Below, piece by piece: positions 39,901 to 54,900 of a stretch of DNA of 64,000 bases. Under the pieces are notes generated by a model. The model saw only the letters and a program-made list of their open reading frames with translations, did not search any database and was not told the DNA's origin. A program made the position numbers and the translations under genes. Position 1 is the stretch's first letter; each line of letters starts with the position of its first letter. Source of the DNA: Azolla caroliniana (Eukaryota; Plantae; Polypodiophyta); NCBI GenBank assembly GCA_043228905.1, contig JBHGNT010000125.1, forward strand, positions 1 through 64,000, given 5' to 3'.

Positions 39901-42900
39901 AATCCGATATCGAATGGGCCAGGTATGAACATTTTAATTTACTCACGCCTTCTTCTCAACTCCCGGCTCGAATTTACTAATTTCTTCATGTCTCTCGACC
40001 TAAGTTTCAAAATCTTGATTTTTAAATTCCATATCATAGGTAACGTAGTTAGCTTCGATTCGTATGTTTGAACACAAAAATCCGATATCACACGGGCCAG
40101 GTATGAACATTTTAACTTACTCACGCGCTCTTCTAAACTCCCTCCTCCAATTTGGTAATTTCGTCATGTCTCTCGAACTGAGTTTCAAAATCTTGATTTT
40201 TTAATTCCATATCATAACTAGCGTTGTTAGCTTCGATTCGCATGTTTGAACACCAAAATCCGATATCACACGGGCCAAGTATGAACATTTTAACTTACGC
40301 ACGCGCTCTTCTCAACTCCCTCCTCAAATTTGGTAATTTCGTCATGTTTCTTGAACTCAGTTTCAAAATCTTGATTTTTTAATTCCATATCATACGTAAC
40401 GTTGTTAGCTTCGATTCACATGTTTGAACACAAAAATCCGATATCACACGGGCCAGGTATGAACATTTTAACTTACGCACGCGCTCTTCTCAACTCCCTC
40501 CTCAAATTTGGTAATTTCGTCATGTCTCTCGACCTGGGTTTCAAAATCTTGATTTTGTAATTCCATAGCATAGGTAACGTTGTTATCTTCGATTCGAATG
40601 TTTGTCCACAAAAATCCGAGATCACACGGTCCAGGTATCAACATTTTAACTTACTCACGCGCTGTTCTCAACTCCCTCCTCAAATTTGGTAATTTCGTCA
40701 TGTCTCTCGACCTGAGTGTCAAAATCTGGATTTTTTAATTCCATATCATAGCTAGCGTTGTTAGCTTCGATTCGAATGTTTGAACACAAAAATCCGATAT
40801 CACACGGCCCAGGTATGAACATTTTCACTTACTCACGCGCTATTCTCAACTCCCTCCTGAAATTTGGTAATTTCGTCATGTCGCTTGACCTGGGTTTCAA
40901 AATCTGGATTTTGTAATTCCATATCATAGCTAGCGTTGTTAGCTTCGATTCGTATGTTTGAACACTAAAATCCGATTTCGAATGGGCCAGGTATGAACAT
41001 TTTAATTTACTCACGCCTTCTTCTCAAGTCCCGGCTCGAATTTACTAATTTCTTCATGTCTCTCGACCTAAGTTTCAAAATCTTGATTTTTAAATTCCAT
41101 ATCATAGGTAACGTTGTTAGCTTCGATTCGTATGTTTGAACACAAAAATCTGATATCACACTGGCTAGGTATGAACATTTTAATTTACTCACGCGCTATT
41201 GTCAACTCCCTCCTCAAATTTCGTAATTTCGTCATGTTTCTCGACCTGAGTTTCAAAATCTGGATTTTGTAATTCCATATCATAACTAGCGTTGTTAGCT
41301 TCGATTCGCATGTTTGAACACCAAAATCGGATATCACACGGGCCAGGTAAGAACATTTTAATTTTATCACGCGCTGTTCTCAACTCCCTCCTCAAATTTG
41401 GTAATTTCGTCATGTCTATCGAACTGAGTTTCAAAATTTTGATTTTTTAATTCCATATCATACGTAGCGTTGTTAGCTTCGATTCGCATGTTTGAACACA
41501 AAAATCTGATATCACACTGGCTAGGTATGAACATTTTAATTTACTCACGCGCTATTGTCAACTCCCTCCTCAAATTTCGTAATTTCGTCATGTTTCTCGA
41601 CCTGAGTTTCAAAATCTGGATTTTGTAATTCCATATCATAACTAGCGTTGTTAGCTTCGATTCGCATGTTTGAACACCAAAATCCGATATCACACGGGCC
41701 AGGTATGAACATTTTAACTTACTCACGCGCTATTCTCAACTCCCTCCTCAAATTTGGTAATTTTGTCATGTCTCCCGAACTGAGTTTCAAAATCTTGATT
41801 TTCTAATTCCATATAATAGGTAACGTTGTTAGCTTCGATTCGCATATTTGAACACAAAAATCCGATATCACACGAGCCAGGTATGAACATTTAAATTTAC
41901 GCACGCGCTCTTCTCAACTCCCTCCTCAAATTTGGTAATTTCGTCATGTCTCTCGACCTGAGTATCAAAATCTGGATTTTTTAATTCCATATCATAGGTA
42001 GCGTTGTTAGCTTCGATTCGAATGTTTGAACACAAAAATCCGATATCACACGGCCCAGGTATGAACATTTTCACTTACTCACGCGCTATTCTCAACTCCC
42101 TGCTCAAATTTGGTAATTTCGTCATGTCTCTCGACCTGAATTTCAAAATTTGGATTTTGTAATTCCATATGATAGCTAGCGTTGTTAGCTTCGATTCGCA
42201 TGTTTGAACACCAAAATCCGATATCGAATGGGCCAGGTATGAACATTTTAATTTACTCACGCCTTCTTCTCAACTCCCTCCTCGAATTTACTAATTACTT
42301 CATGTCTCTCGACCTGAGTTCCAAAATCTTAATTTTTTAATTCCATATCATCGGTAACGTCGTTAGATTCGATTCGAATGTTTGAACACAAAAATCGGAT
42401 ATCACAAGGGCCAGGTATGAACATTTTAACATACTCACGCGCTCTTCTCAACTCCCTCCTCTAATTTGGTAATTTCGTCATGTCTCTCGAACTGAGTTTC
42501 AAAATCTTGATTTTCTAATTCCATATCATAAGTAACATTGTTAGCTTCGATTCGAATGTTTGAACACAGAAATCGGATATCACACGGGCCAGGTATGAAC
42601 ATTTTAACTTACTTACGCGCTATTCTCAACTCCCTCCTCAAATTTGGTAATTTCGTCATGTCTCTCGACCTGGGTTTCGAAATCTGGATTTTTTAATTCC
42701 ATATCATAGGTAGCGTTGTTAGCTTCGATTCGCATGTTTGAACACAAAAATCTGATATCACACTGGCTAGGTATGAACATTTTAATTTACTCACGCGCTA
42801 TTGTCAACTCCCTCCTCAAATTTCGTAATTTCGTCATGTTTCTCGACCTGAGTTTCAAAATCTGGATTTTGTAATTCCATATCATAACTAGCGTTGTTAG

Positions 42901-45900
42901 CTTCGATTCGCATGTTTGAACACCAAAATCGGATATCACACGGGCCAGGTATGAACATTTTAATTTTATCACGCGATGTTCTCAACTCCCTCCTCAAATT
43001 TGGTAATTTCGTCATGTCTCCCGAACTGAGTTTCAAAATCTTGATTTTCTAATTCCATATAATAGGTAACGTTGTTAGCTTCGATTCGCATATTTGAACA
43101 CAGAAATCCGATATCACACGAGCCAGGTATGAACATTTAAATTTACGCACACGCACTTCTCAACTCCCTCCTCAAATTTGGTCATTTCGTCATGTCTCTC
43201 GACCTGAGTGTCAAAATCTGGATTTTTTAATTCCATATCATAGCTAGCGTTGTTAGCTTCGATTCGAATGTTTGAACACAAAAATCCGATATCACACGGC
43301 CCAGGTATGAACATTTTCACTTACTCACGCGCTATTCTCAACTCCCTGCTCAAATTTGGTAATTTCGTCATGTCTCTCGACCTGAATTTCAAAATTTGGA
43401 TTTTGTAATTCAATATGATAGCTAGCGTTGTTAACTTCGATTCGCATGTTTGAACACCAAAATCCGATATCGAATGGGCCAGGTATGAACATTTTAATTT
43501 CCTCACGCCTTCTTCTCAACTCCCTCCTCGAATTTACTAATTACTTTATGTGTCTCGACCTGAGTTTCAAAATCTTGATTTTTTAATTCCATATCATCGG
43601 TAACGTCGTTAGATTCGATTCGAATGTTTGAACACAAAAATCCGATATCACACAGGCCAGGTATGAACATTTTAATTTTATCACGCGCTGTTCTCAACTC
43701 CCTCCTCAAATTTGGTAATTTCGTCATGTCTCTCGAACTGAGTTTCAAAATCTTGATTTTTTATTCCATATCATACGTAACGTTGTTAGCTTCGATTCAC
43801 ATTTTTGAAAACCAAAATCCGATATCACACGGGCCAGGTATGAACATTTTAACTTACTCACGCGCTCTTCTCAACTCCCTCCTCTAATTTGGTAATTTCG
43901 TCATGTTTCTCGACCTGAGTTTCAAAATCTGGATTTTGTAATTCCATATCATAACTAGCGTTGTTAGCTTCGATTCGCATGTTTGAACACCAAAATCGGA
44001 TATCACACGGGCCAGGTATGAACATTTTAATTTTATCACACGCTGTTCTCAACTCCCTCCTCAAATTTGGTAATTTCGTCATGTCTCCCGAACTGAGTTT
44101 CAAAATCTTGATTTTCTAATTCCAGATTATAGGTAACGTTGTTAGCTTCGATTCGCATATTTGAACACAGAAATCCGATATCACACGAGCCAGGTATGAA
44201 CATTTAAATTTACGCACGCGCTCTTCTCAACTCCCTCCTCAAATTTGGTAATTTCCTCATGTCTCTTGACCTGAGTGTCAAAATTTGGATTTTTTAATTC
44301 CATATCATAGCTAGCGTTGTTAGCTTCGATTCGAATGTTTGAACACAAAAATCCGATATCACACGGCCCAGGTATGAACATTTTCACTTACTCACGCGCT
44401 ATTCTCAACTCCCTGCTCAAATTTGGTAATTTCGTCATGTCTCTCGACCTGAATTTCAAAATTTGGATTTTGTAATTTCATATGATAGCTAGCGTTGTTA
44501 ACTTCGATTCGCATGTTTGAACACCAAAATCCGATATCGAATGGGCCAAGTATGAACATTTTAATTTACTCACGGCTTCTTCTCAACTCCCTCCTCGAAT
44601 TTACTAATTTCTTCATGTCTCTCGACCTGAGTTACGCACAAAAATCCGATATCACACGAGCCAGGTATGAACATTTAAATTTACGCACGCGCTCTTCTCA
44701 ACTCCCTCCTCAAATTTGGTAATTTCGTCATGTTTCTTGAACTCAGTTTCAAAATCTTGATTTTTTAATTCCATATCATACGTAACGTTGTTAGCTTCGA
44801 TTCACATGTTTGAACACCAAAATCCGATATCACACGGGCCAGGTATGAACATTTTAACTTACGCACGCGCTCTTTTCAACTCCCTCCTCAAATTTGGTAA
44901 TTTCGTCATGTCTCTCGACCTGGGTTTCAAAATCTTGATTTTGTAATTCCATAGCATAGGTAACGTTGTTATCTTCGATTCAAATGTTTGTCCACAAAAA
45001 TCCGAGATCACACGGTCCAGGTATCAACATTTTAACTTACTCACGCGCTGTTCTCAACTCCCTCCTCAAATTTGGTAATTTCGTCATGTCTCTCGACCTG
45101 AGTGTCAAAATCTAGATTTTTTAATTCCATATCATAGCTAGCGTTGTTAGCTTCGATTCGAATGTTTGAACACAAAAATCCGATATCACACGGCCCAGGT
45201 ATGAACATTTTCACTTACTCACGCGCTATTCTCAACTCCCTCCTGAAATTTGGTAATTTCGTCATGTCGCTTGACCTGGGTTTCAAAATCTGGATTTTGT
45301 AATTCGATATCATAGCTAGCGTTGTTAGCTTCGATTCGTATGTTTGAACACTAAAATCCGATTTCGAATGGGCCAGGTATGAACATTTTAATTTACTCAC
45401 GCCTTCTTCTCAACTCCCGGCTCGAATTTACTAATTTCTTCATGTCTCTCGACCTAAGTTTCAAAATCTTGATTTTTAAATTCCATATCATACGTAGCGT
45501 TGTTAGCTTCGATTCGCATGTTTGAACACAAAAATCTGATATCACACTGGCTAGGTATGAACATTTTAATTTACTCACGCGCTATTGTCAACTCCCTCCT
45601 CAAATTTCGTAATTTCGTCATGTTTCTCGACCTGAGTTTCAAAATCTGGATTTTGTAATTCCATATCATAACTAGCGTTGTTAGCTTCGATTCGCATGTT
45701 TGAACACCAAAATCCGATATCACACGGGCCAGGTATGAACATTTTAACTTACTCACGCGCTATTCTCAACTCCCTCAAATTTGGTAATTTTGTCATGTCT
45801 CCCGAACTGAGTTTCAAAATCTTGATTTTCTAATTCCATATAATAGGTAACGTTGTTAGCTTCGATTCGCATATTTGAACACAAAAATCCGATATCACAC

Positions 45901-48900
45901 GAGCCAGGTATGAACATTTAAATTTACGCACGCGCTCTTCTCAACTCCCTCCTCAAATTTGGTAATTTCGTCATGTCTCTCGACCTGAGTATCAAAATCT
46001 GGATTTTTTAATTCCATATCATAGGTAGCGTTGTTAGCTTCGATTCGAATGTTTGAACACAAAAATCCGATATCACACGGCCCAGGTATGAACATTTTCA
46101 CTTACTCACGCGCTATTCTCAACTCCCTCCTCCAATTTGGTAATTTCGTCATGTTTCTCGACCTGAGTTTCAAAATCTGGATTTTTTAATTCCATATCAT
46201 AACTAGCGTTGTTAGCTTCGATTCGCATGTTTGAACACCAAAATCCGATATCACACGGGCCAAGTATGAACATTTTAACTTACGCACGCGCTCTTCTCAA
46301 CTCCCTCCTCAAATTTGGTAATTTCGTCATGTCTCTCGACCTGGGTTTCAAAATCTTGATTTTGTAATTCCATAGCATAGGTAACGTTGTTATCTTCGAT
46401 TCAAATGTTTGTCCACAAAAATCCGAGATCACACGGTCCAGGTATCAACATTTTAACTTACTCACGCGCTGTTCTCAACTCCCTCCTCAAATTTGGTAAT
46501 TTCGTCATGTCTCTCGACCTGAGTGTCAAAATCTAGATTTTTTAATTCCATATCATAGCTAGCGTTGTTAGCTTCGATTCGAATGTTTGAACACAAAAAT
46601 CCGATATCACACGGCCCAGGTATGAACATTTTCACTTACTCACGCGCTATTCTCAACTCCCTCCTGAAATTTGGTAATTTCGTCATGTCGCTTGACCTGG
46701 GTTTCAAAATCTGGATTTTGTAATTCGATATCATAGCTAGCGTTGTTAGCTTCGATTCGTATGTTTGAACACTAAAATCCGATTTCGAATGGGCCAGGTA
46801 TGAACATTTTAATTTACTCACGCCTTCTTCCCAACTCCCGGCTCGAATTTACTAATTTCTTCATGTCTCTCGACCTAAGTTTCAAAATCTTGATTTTTAA
46901 ATTCCATATCATAGGTATGAACATTTTCACTTACTCACGCGCTATTCTCAACTCCCTCCTGAAATTTGGTAATTTCGTCATGTCGCTTGACCTGGGTTTC
47001 AAAATCTGGATTTTGTAATTCCATATCATAGCTAGCGTTGTTAACTTCGATTCGCATGTTTGAACACCAAAATCCGATATCGAATGGGCCAGGTATGAAC
47101 ATTTTAATTTACTCACGCCTTCTTCTCAACTCCCTCCTCGAATTTACTAATTACTTCATGTCTCTCGACCTGAGTTCCAAAATCTTAATTTTTTAATTCC
47201 ATATCATCGGTAACGTCGTTAGATTCGATTCGAATGTTTGAACACAAAAATCGGATATCACACGGTCCAGGTATGAACATTTTAACATACGCACGCGCTC
47301 TTCTCAACTCCCTCCTCCAATTTTAACATACGCACGCGCTCTCGACCTGGGTTTCAAAATCTTGATTTTGCAATTCCATATCATAGGCAACGTTGTTAGC
47401 TTCGATTCGAATGTTTGACCACAAAAATCCGAGATAACACGGTCCAGGTATCAACATTTTAACTTACTCACGCGCTGTTTTCAACTCCCTCCTCAAATTT
47501 GGTAATTTCGTCATGTCTCGCGAACTGAGTTTCAAAATCTTGATTTTCTAATCCCATATCATAGATATCGAATGGGCCAGGTATGAACATTTTAATTTAC
47601 TCACGCCTTCTTCTCAACTCTCTCCTCAAATTTGGTAATTTCGTGATGTCTCTCGATCTGGATTTTTTAATTCCATATCATAGGTAATGTTGTTAGCTTC
47701 GATTCGAATATTTGAACACAAAAATCCGATATCACACGAGCCAGGTATGAACATTTAAATTTACGCACGCGCTCTTCTCAACTCCCTCCTCAAATTTGGT
47801 AATTTCGTCATGTCTCTCGACCTGAGTGTCAAAATCTGGATTTTTTAATTCCATATCATAGCTAGCGTTGTTAGCTTCGATTCGCATGTTTGAACACAAA
47901 AATCGGATATCACACGGTCCAGGTATGAACATTTTAACTTACTCACGCGCTCATCTCAACTCCCTCCTCAAATTTGATAATTTCGTCATGTCTCCCGAAC
48001 TGAGTTTCAAAATCTTGATTTTCTAATTCCATATAATAGGTAACGTTGTTAGCTTCGATTCGCATGTTTGAATACAAAAATCCGATATCACACGAGCCAA
48101 GTATGAACATTTAAATTTACTCACGCGCTATTCTCAACTCCCTCCTTAAATTTGGTAATTTCGTCATGTCTCTTGACCTGAGTGTCAAAATCTGGATTTT
48201 GTAATTCCATATCATAGCTAGCGTTGTTAGCTTCGATTCGCATGTTTGAACACCAAAATCCGATATCGAATGGGCCAGGTATGAACATTTTAATTTACTC
48301 ACGCCTTCTTCTCAACTCCCTCATCGAATTTACTAATTTCTTCATGTCTGTCGACCTGAGTTTTAAAATCTTGATTTTTAAATTCCATATCATAGGTAAC
48401 GTTGTTAGCTTCGATTCGATTGTTTGAACACAAAAATCCGATATCACAAGGGCCAGGTATGAACATTTTAACATACTCACGCGCTCTATATTATAGGTAG
48501 CGTTGTTAGCTTCGATTCGAATGTTTGAACACAAAAACCCGATATCACACGAGCCAGGAATGAACATTTTAACATACTGACGTGCGCTTCTCAACTCCCT
48601 CCTCAAATTTGGTAATTTTGTCATGTCTCTCGACCTGAGTTCCAAAATCTTAATTTTTTAATTCCATATCATCGGTAACGTCGTTAGATTCGATTCAAAT
48701 GTTTGAACACAAAAATCGGATATCACACGGGCCAGGTATGAACATTTTAACTTACTCACGCACTCTTCTCAATTCCCTCCTCAAATTTGGTAATTTCGTC
48801 ATGTCGCTTGACCTGGGTTTCAAAATCTGGATTTTGTAATTCCATATCATAGCTAGCGTTGTTAGCTTCGATTCGTATGTTTGAACACTAAAATCCGATA

Positions 48901-51900
48901 TCGAATGGGCCAGGTATGAACATTTTAATTTACTCACGCCTTCTTCTCAACTCCCGGCTCGAATTTACTAATTTCTTCATGTCTCTCGACCTAAGTTTCA
49001 AAATCTTGATTTTTAAATTCCATATCATAGGTAACGTAGTTAGCTTCGATTCGTATGTTTGAACACAAAAATCCGATATCACACGGGCCAGGTATGAACA
49101 TTTTAACTTACTCACGCGCTCTTCTAAACTCCCTCCTCCAATTTGGTAATTTCGTCATGTCTCTCGAACTGAGTTTCAAAATCTTGATTTTTTAATTCCA
49201 TATCATAACTAGCGTTGTTAGCTTCGATTCGCATGTTTGAACACCAAAATCCGATATCACACGGGCCAAGTATGAACATTTTAACTTACGCACGCGCTCT
49301 TCTCAACTCCCTCCTCAAATTTGGTAATTTCGTCATGTTTCTTGAACTCAGTTTCAAAATCTTGATTTTTTAATTCCATATCATACGTAACGTTGTTAGC
49401 TTCGATTCACATGTTTGAACACCAAAATCCGATATCACACGGGCCAGGTATGAACATTTTAACTTACGCACGCGCTCTTCTCAACTCCCTCCTCAAATTT
49501 GGTAATTTCGTCATGTCTCTCGACCTGGGTTTCAAAATCTTGATTTTGTAATTCCATAGCATAGGTAACGTTGTTATCTTCGATTCAAATGTTTGTCCAC
49601 AAAAATCCGAGATCACACGGTCCAGGTATCAACATTTTAACTTACTCACGCGCTGTTCTCAACTCCCTCCTCAAATTTGGTAATTTCGTCATGTCTCTCG
49701 ACCTGAGTGTCAAAATCTGGATTTTTTAATTCCATATCATAGCTAGCGTTGTTAGCTTCGATTCGAATGTTTGAACACAAAAATCCGATATCACACGGCC
49801 CAGGTATGAACATTTTCACTTACTCACGTGCTATTCTCAACTCCCTCCTGAAATTTGGTAATTTCGTCATGTCGCTTGACCTGGGTTTCAAAATCTGGAT
49901 TTTGTAATTCCATATCATAGCTAGCGTTGTTAGCTTCGATTCGTATGTTTGAACACAACAATCCGATTTCGAATGGGGCAGGTATGAACATTTTAATTTA
50001 CTCACGCCTTCTTCTCAACTCCCGGCTCGAATTTACTAATTTCTTCATGTCTCTCGACCTAAGTTTCAAAATCTTGATTTTTAAATTCCATATCATAGGT
50101 AACGTTGTTAGCTTCGATTCGTATGTTTGAACACAAAAATCTGATATCACACTGGCTAGGTATGAACATTTTAATTTACTCACGCGCTATTGTCAACTCC
50201 CTCCTCAAATTTCGTAATTTCGTCATGTTTCTCGACCTGAGTTTCAAAATCTGGATTTTGTAATTCCATATCATAACTAGCGTTAGCTTCGATTCGCATG
50301 TTTGAACACCAAAATCGGATATCACACGGGCCAGGTAAGAACATTTTAATTTTATCACGCGCTGTTCTCAACTCCCTCCTCAAATTTGGTAATTTCGTCA
50401 TGTCTATCGAACTGAGTTTCAAAATTTTGATTTTTTAATTCCATATCATACGTAGCGTTGTTAGCTTCGATTCGCATGTTTGAACACAAAAATCTGATAT
50501 CACACTGGCTAGGTATGAACATTTTAATTTACTCACGCGCTATTGTCAACTCCCTCCTCAAATTTCGTAATTTCGTCATGTTTCTCGACCTGAGTTTCAA
50601 AATCTGGATTTTGTAATTCCATATCATAACTAGCGTTGTTAGCTTCGATTCGCATGTTTGAACACCAAAATCCGATATCACACGGGCCAGGTATGAACAT
50701 TTTAACTTACTCACGCGCTATTCTCAACTCCCTCCTCAAATTTGGTAATTTTGTCATGTCTCCCGAACTGAGTTTCAAAATCTTGATTTTCTAATTCCAT
50801 ATAATAGGTAACGTTGTTAGCTTCGATTCGCATATTTGAACACAAAAATCCGATATCACACGAGCCAGGTATGAACATTTAAATTTACGCACGCGCTCTT
50901 CTCAACTCCCTCCTCAAATTTGGTAATTTCGTCATGTCTCTCGACCTGAGTATCAAAATCTGGATTTTTTAATTCCATATCATAGGTAGCGTTGTTAGCT
51001 TCGATTCGAATGTTTGAACACAAAAATCCGATATCACACGGCCCAGGTATGAACATTTTCACTTACTCACGCGCTATTCTCAACTCCCTGCTCAAATTTG
51101 GTAATTTCGTCATGTCTCTCGACCTGAATTTCAAAATTTGGATTTTGTAATTCCATATGATAGCTAGCGTTGTTAGCTTCGATTCGCATGTTTGAACACC
51201 AAAATCCGATATCGAATGGGCCAGGTATGAACATTTTAATTTACTCACGCCTTCTTCTCAACTCCCTCCTCGAATTTACTAATTACTTCATGTCTCTCGA
51301 CCTGAGTTCCAAAATCTTAATTTTTTAATTCCATATCATCGGTAACGTCGTTAGATTCGATTCGAATGTTTGAACACAAAAATCGGATATCACAAGGGCC
51401 AGGTATGAACATTTTAACATACTCACGCGCTCTTCTCAACTCCCTCCTCTAATTTGGTAATTTCGTCATGTCTCTCGAACTGAGTTTCAAAATCTTGATT
51501 TTCTAATTCCATATCATAAGTAACATTGTTAGCTTCGATTCGAATGTTTGAACACAGAAATCGGATATCACACGGGCCAGGTATGAACATTTTAACTTAC
51601 TTACGCGCTATTCTCAACTCCCTCCTCAAATTTGGTAATTTCGTCATGTCTCTCGACCTGAGTGTCAAAATCTGGATTTTTTAATTCCATATCATAGGTA
51701 GCGTTGTTAGCTTCGATTCGCATGTTTGAACACAAAAATCTGATATCACACTGGCTAGGTATGAACATTTTAATTTACTCACGCGCTATTGTCAACTCCC
51801 TCCTCAAATTTCGTAATTTCGTCATGTTTCTCGACCTGAGTTTCAAAATCTGGATTTTGTAATTCCATATCATAACTAGCGTTGTTAGCTTCGATTCGCA

Positions 51901-54900
51901 TGTTTGAACACCAAAATCGGATATCACACGGGCCAGGTATGAACATTTTAATTTTATCACGCGCTGTTCTCAACTCCCTCCTCAAATTTGGTAATTTCGT
52001 CATGTCTCCCGAACTGAGTTTCAAAATCTTGATTTTCTAATTCCATATAATAGGTAACGTTGTTAGCTTCGATTCGCATATTTGAACACAGAAATCCGAT
52101 ATCACACGACCCAGGTATGAACATTTAAATTTACGCACACGCACTTCTCAACTCCCTCCTCAAATTTGGTAATTTCGTCATGTCTCTCGACCTGAGTGTC
52201 AAAATCTGGATTTTTTAATTCCATATCATAGCTAGCGTTGTTAGCTTCGATTCGAATGTTTGAACACAAAAATCCGATATCACACGGCCCAGGTATGAAC
52301 ATTTTCACTTACTCACGCGCTATTCTCAACTGTCGCTGGACCTGGGTTTCAAAATCTGGATTTTGTAATTCCATATCATAGCTAGCGTTGTTAGCTTCGA
52401 TTCGTATGTTTGAACACTAAAATCCGATTTCGAATGGGCCAGGTATGAACATTTTAATTTACTCACGCCTTCTTCTCAACTCCCGGCTCGAATTTACTAA
52501 TTACTTTATGTGTCTCGACCTGAGTTTCAAAATCTTGATTTTTAAATTCCATATCATCGGTAACGTTGTTAGCTTCGATTCGAATGTTTGAACACAAAAA
52601 TCCGATATCACACTGGCCAGGTATGAACATTTTAATTTTATCACGCGCTGTTCTCAACTCCCTCCTCAAATTTGGTAATTTCGTCATGTCTCTCGAACTG
52701 AGTTTCAAAATCTTGATTTTTTTATTCCATATCATACGTAACGTTGTTAGCTTCGATTCACATTTTTGAAAACCAAAATCCGATATCACACGGGCCAGGT
52801 ATGAACATTTTAACTTACTCACGCGCTCTTCTCAACTCCCTCCTCTAATTTGGTAATTTCGTCATGTTTCTCGACCTGAGTTTCAAAATCTGGATTTTGT
52901 AATTCCATATCATAACTAGCGTTGTTAGCTTCGATTCGCATGTTTGAACACCAAAATCGGATATCACACGGGCCAGGTATGAACATTTTAATTTTATCAC
53001 ACGCTGTTCTCAACTCCCTCCTCAAATTTGGTAATTTCGTCATGTCTCCCGAACTAAGTTTCAAAATCTTGATTTTTAAATTCCATATCATAGGTAACGT
53101 TGTTAGCTTCGATTCGCATGTTTGAACACGAAAATCCGATATCACACGAGCCAGGTATGAACATTTAAATTTACGCACGCGCTCTTCTCAACTCCCTCCT
53201 CAAATTTGGTAATTTCGTCATGTCTCTCGACCTGAGTGTCAAAATCTTGATTTTTTAATTCCATATCATAGCTAGCGTTGTTAGCTTCGATTCGCATGTT
53301 TGAACACAAAAATCGGATATCACACGGTCCAGGTATGAACATTTTAACTTACTCACGCGCTCATTTCAACTCCCTCCTCAAATTTGATAATTTCGTCATG
53401 TCTCCCGAACTGAGTTTCAAAATCTTGATTTTCTAATTCCATATAATAGGTAACGTTGTTAGCTTCGATTCGCATGTTTGAATACAAAAATCCGATATCA
53501 CACGAGCCAAGTATGAACATTTAAATTTACTCACGCGCTATTCTCAACTCCCTCCTTAAATTTGGTAATTTCGTCATGTCTCTTGACCTGAGTGTCAAAA
53601 TCTGGATTTTGTAATTCCATATCATAGCTAGCGTTGTTAGCTTCGATTCGCATGTTTGAACACCAAAATCCGATATCGAATGGGCCAGGTATGAACATTT
53701 TAATTTACTCACGCCTTCTTCTCAACTCCCTCATCGAATTTACTAATTTCTTCATGTCTGTCGACCTGAGTTTTAAAATCTTGATTTTTAAATTCCATAT
53801 CATAGGTAACGTTGTTAGCTTCGATTCGATTGTTTGAACACAAAAATCCGATATCACAAGGGCCAGGTATGAACATTTTAACATACTCACGCGCTCTATA
53901 TTATAGGTAGCGTTGTTAGCTTCGATTCGAATGTTTGAACACAAAAATCCGATATCACACGAGCCAGGAATGAACATTTTAACATACTGACGTGCGCTTC
54001 TCAACTCCCTCCTCAAATTTGGTAATTTTGTCATGTCTCTCGACCTGAGTTCCAAAATCTTAATTTTTTAATTCCATATCATCGGTAACGTCGTTAGATT
54101 CGATTCAAATGTTTGAACACAAAAATCGGATATCACACGGGCCAGGTATGAACATTTTAACTTACTCACGCACTCTTCTCAATTCCCTCCTCAAATTTGG
54201 TAATTTCGTCATGTCGCTTGACCTGGGTTTCAAAATCTGGATTTTGTAATTCCATATCATAGCTAGCGTTGTTAGCTTCGATTCGTATGTTTGAACACTA
54301 AAATCCGATATCGAATGGGCCAGGTATGAACATTTTAATTTACTCACGCCTTCTTCTCAACTCCCGGCTCGAATTTACTAATTTCTTCATGTCTCTCGAC
54401 CTAAGTTTCAAAATCTTGATTTTTAAATTCCATATCATAGGTAACGTAGTTAGCTTCGATTCGTATGTTTGAACACAAAAATCCGATATCACACGGGCCA
54501 GGTATGAACATTTTAACTTACTCACGCGCTCTTCTAAACTCCCTCCTCCAATTTGGTAATTTCGTCATGTCTCTCGAACTGAGTTTCAAAATCTTGATTT
54601 TTTAATTCCATATCATAACTAGCGTTGTTAGCTTCGATTCGCATGTTTGAACACCAAAATCCGATATCACACGGGCCAAGTATGAACATTTTAACTTACG
54701 CACGCGCTCTTCTCAACTCCCTCCTCAAATTTGGTAATTTCGTCATGTTTCTTGAACTCAGTTTCAAAATCTTGATTTTTTAATTCCATATCATACGTAA
54801 CGTTGTTAGCTTCGATTCACATGTTTGAACACAAAAATCCGATATCACACGGGCCAGGTATGAACATTTTAACTTACGCACGCGCTCTTCTCAACTCCCT

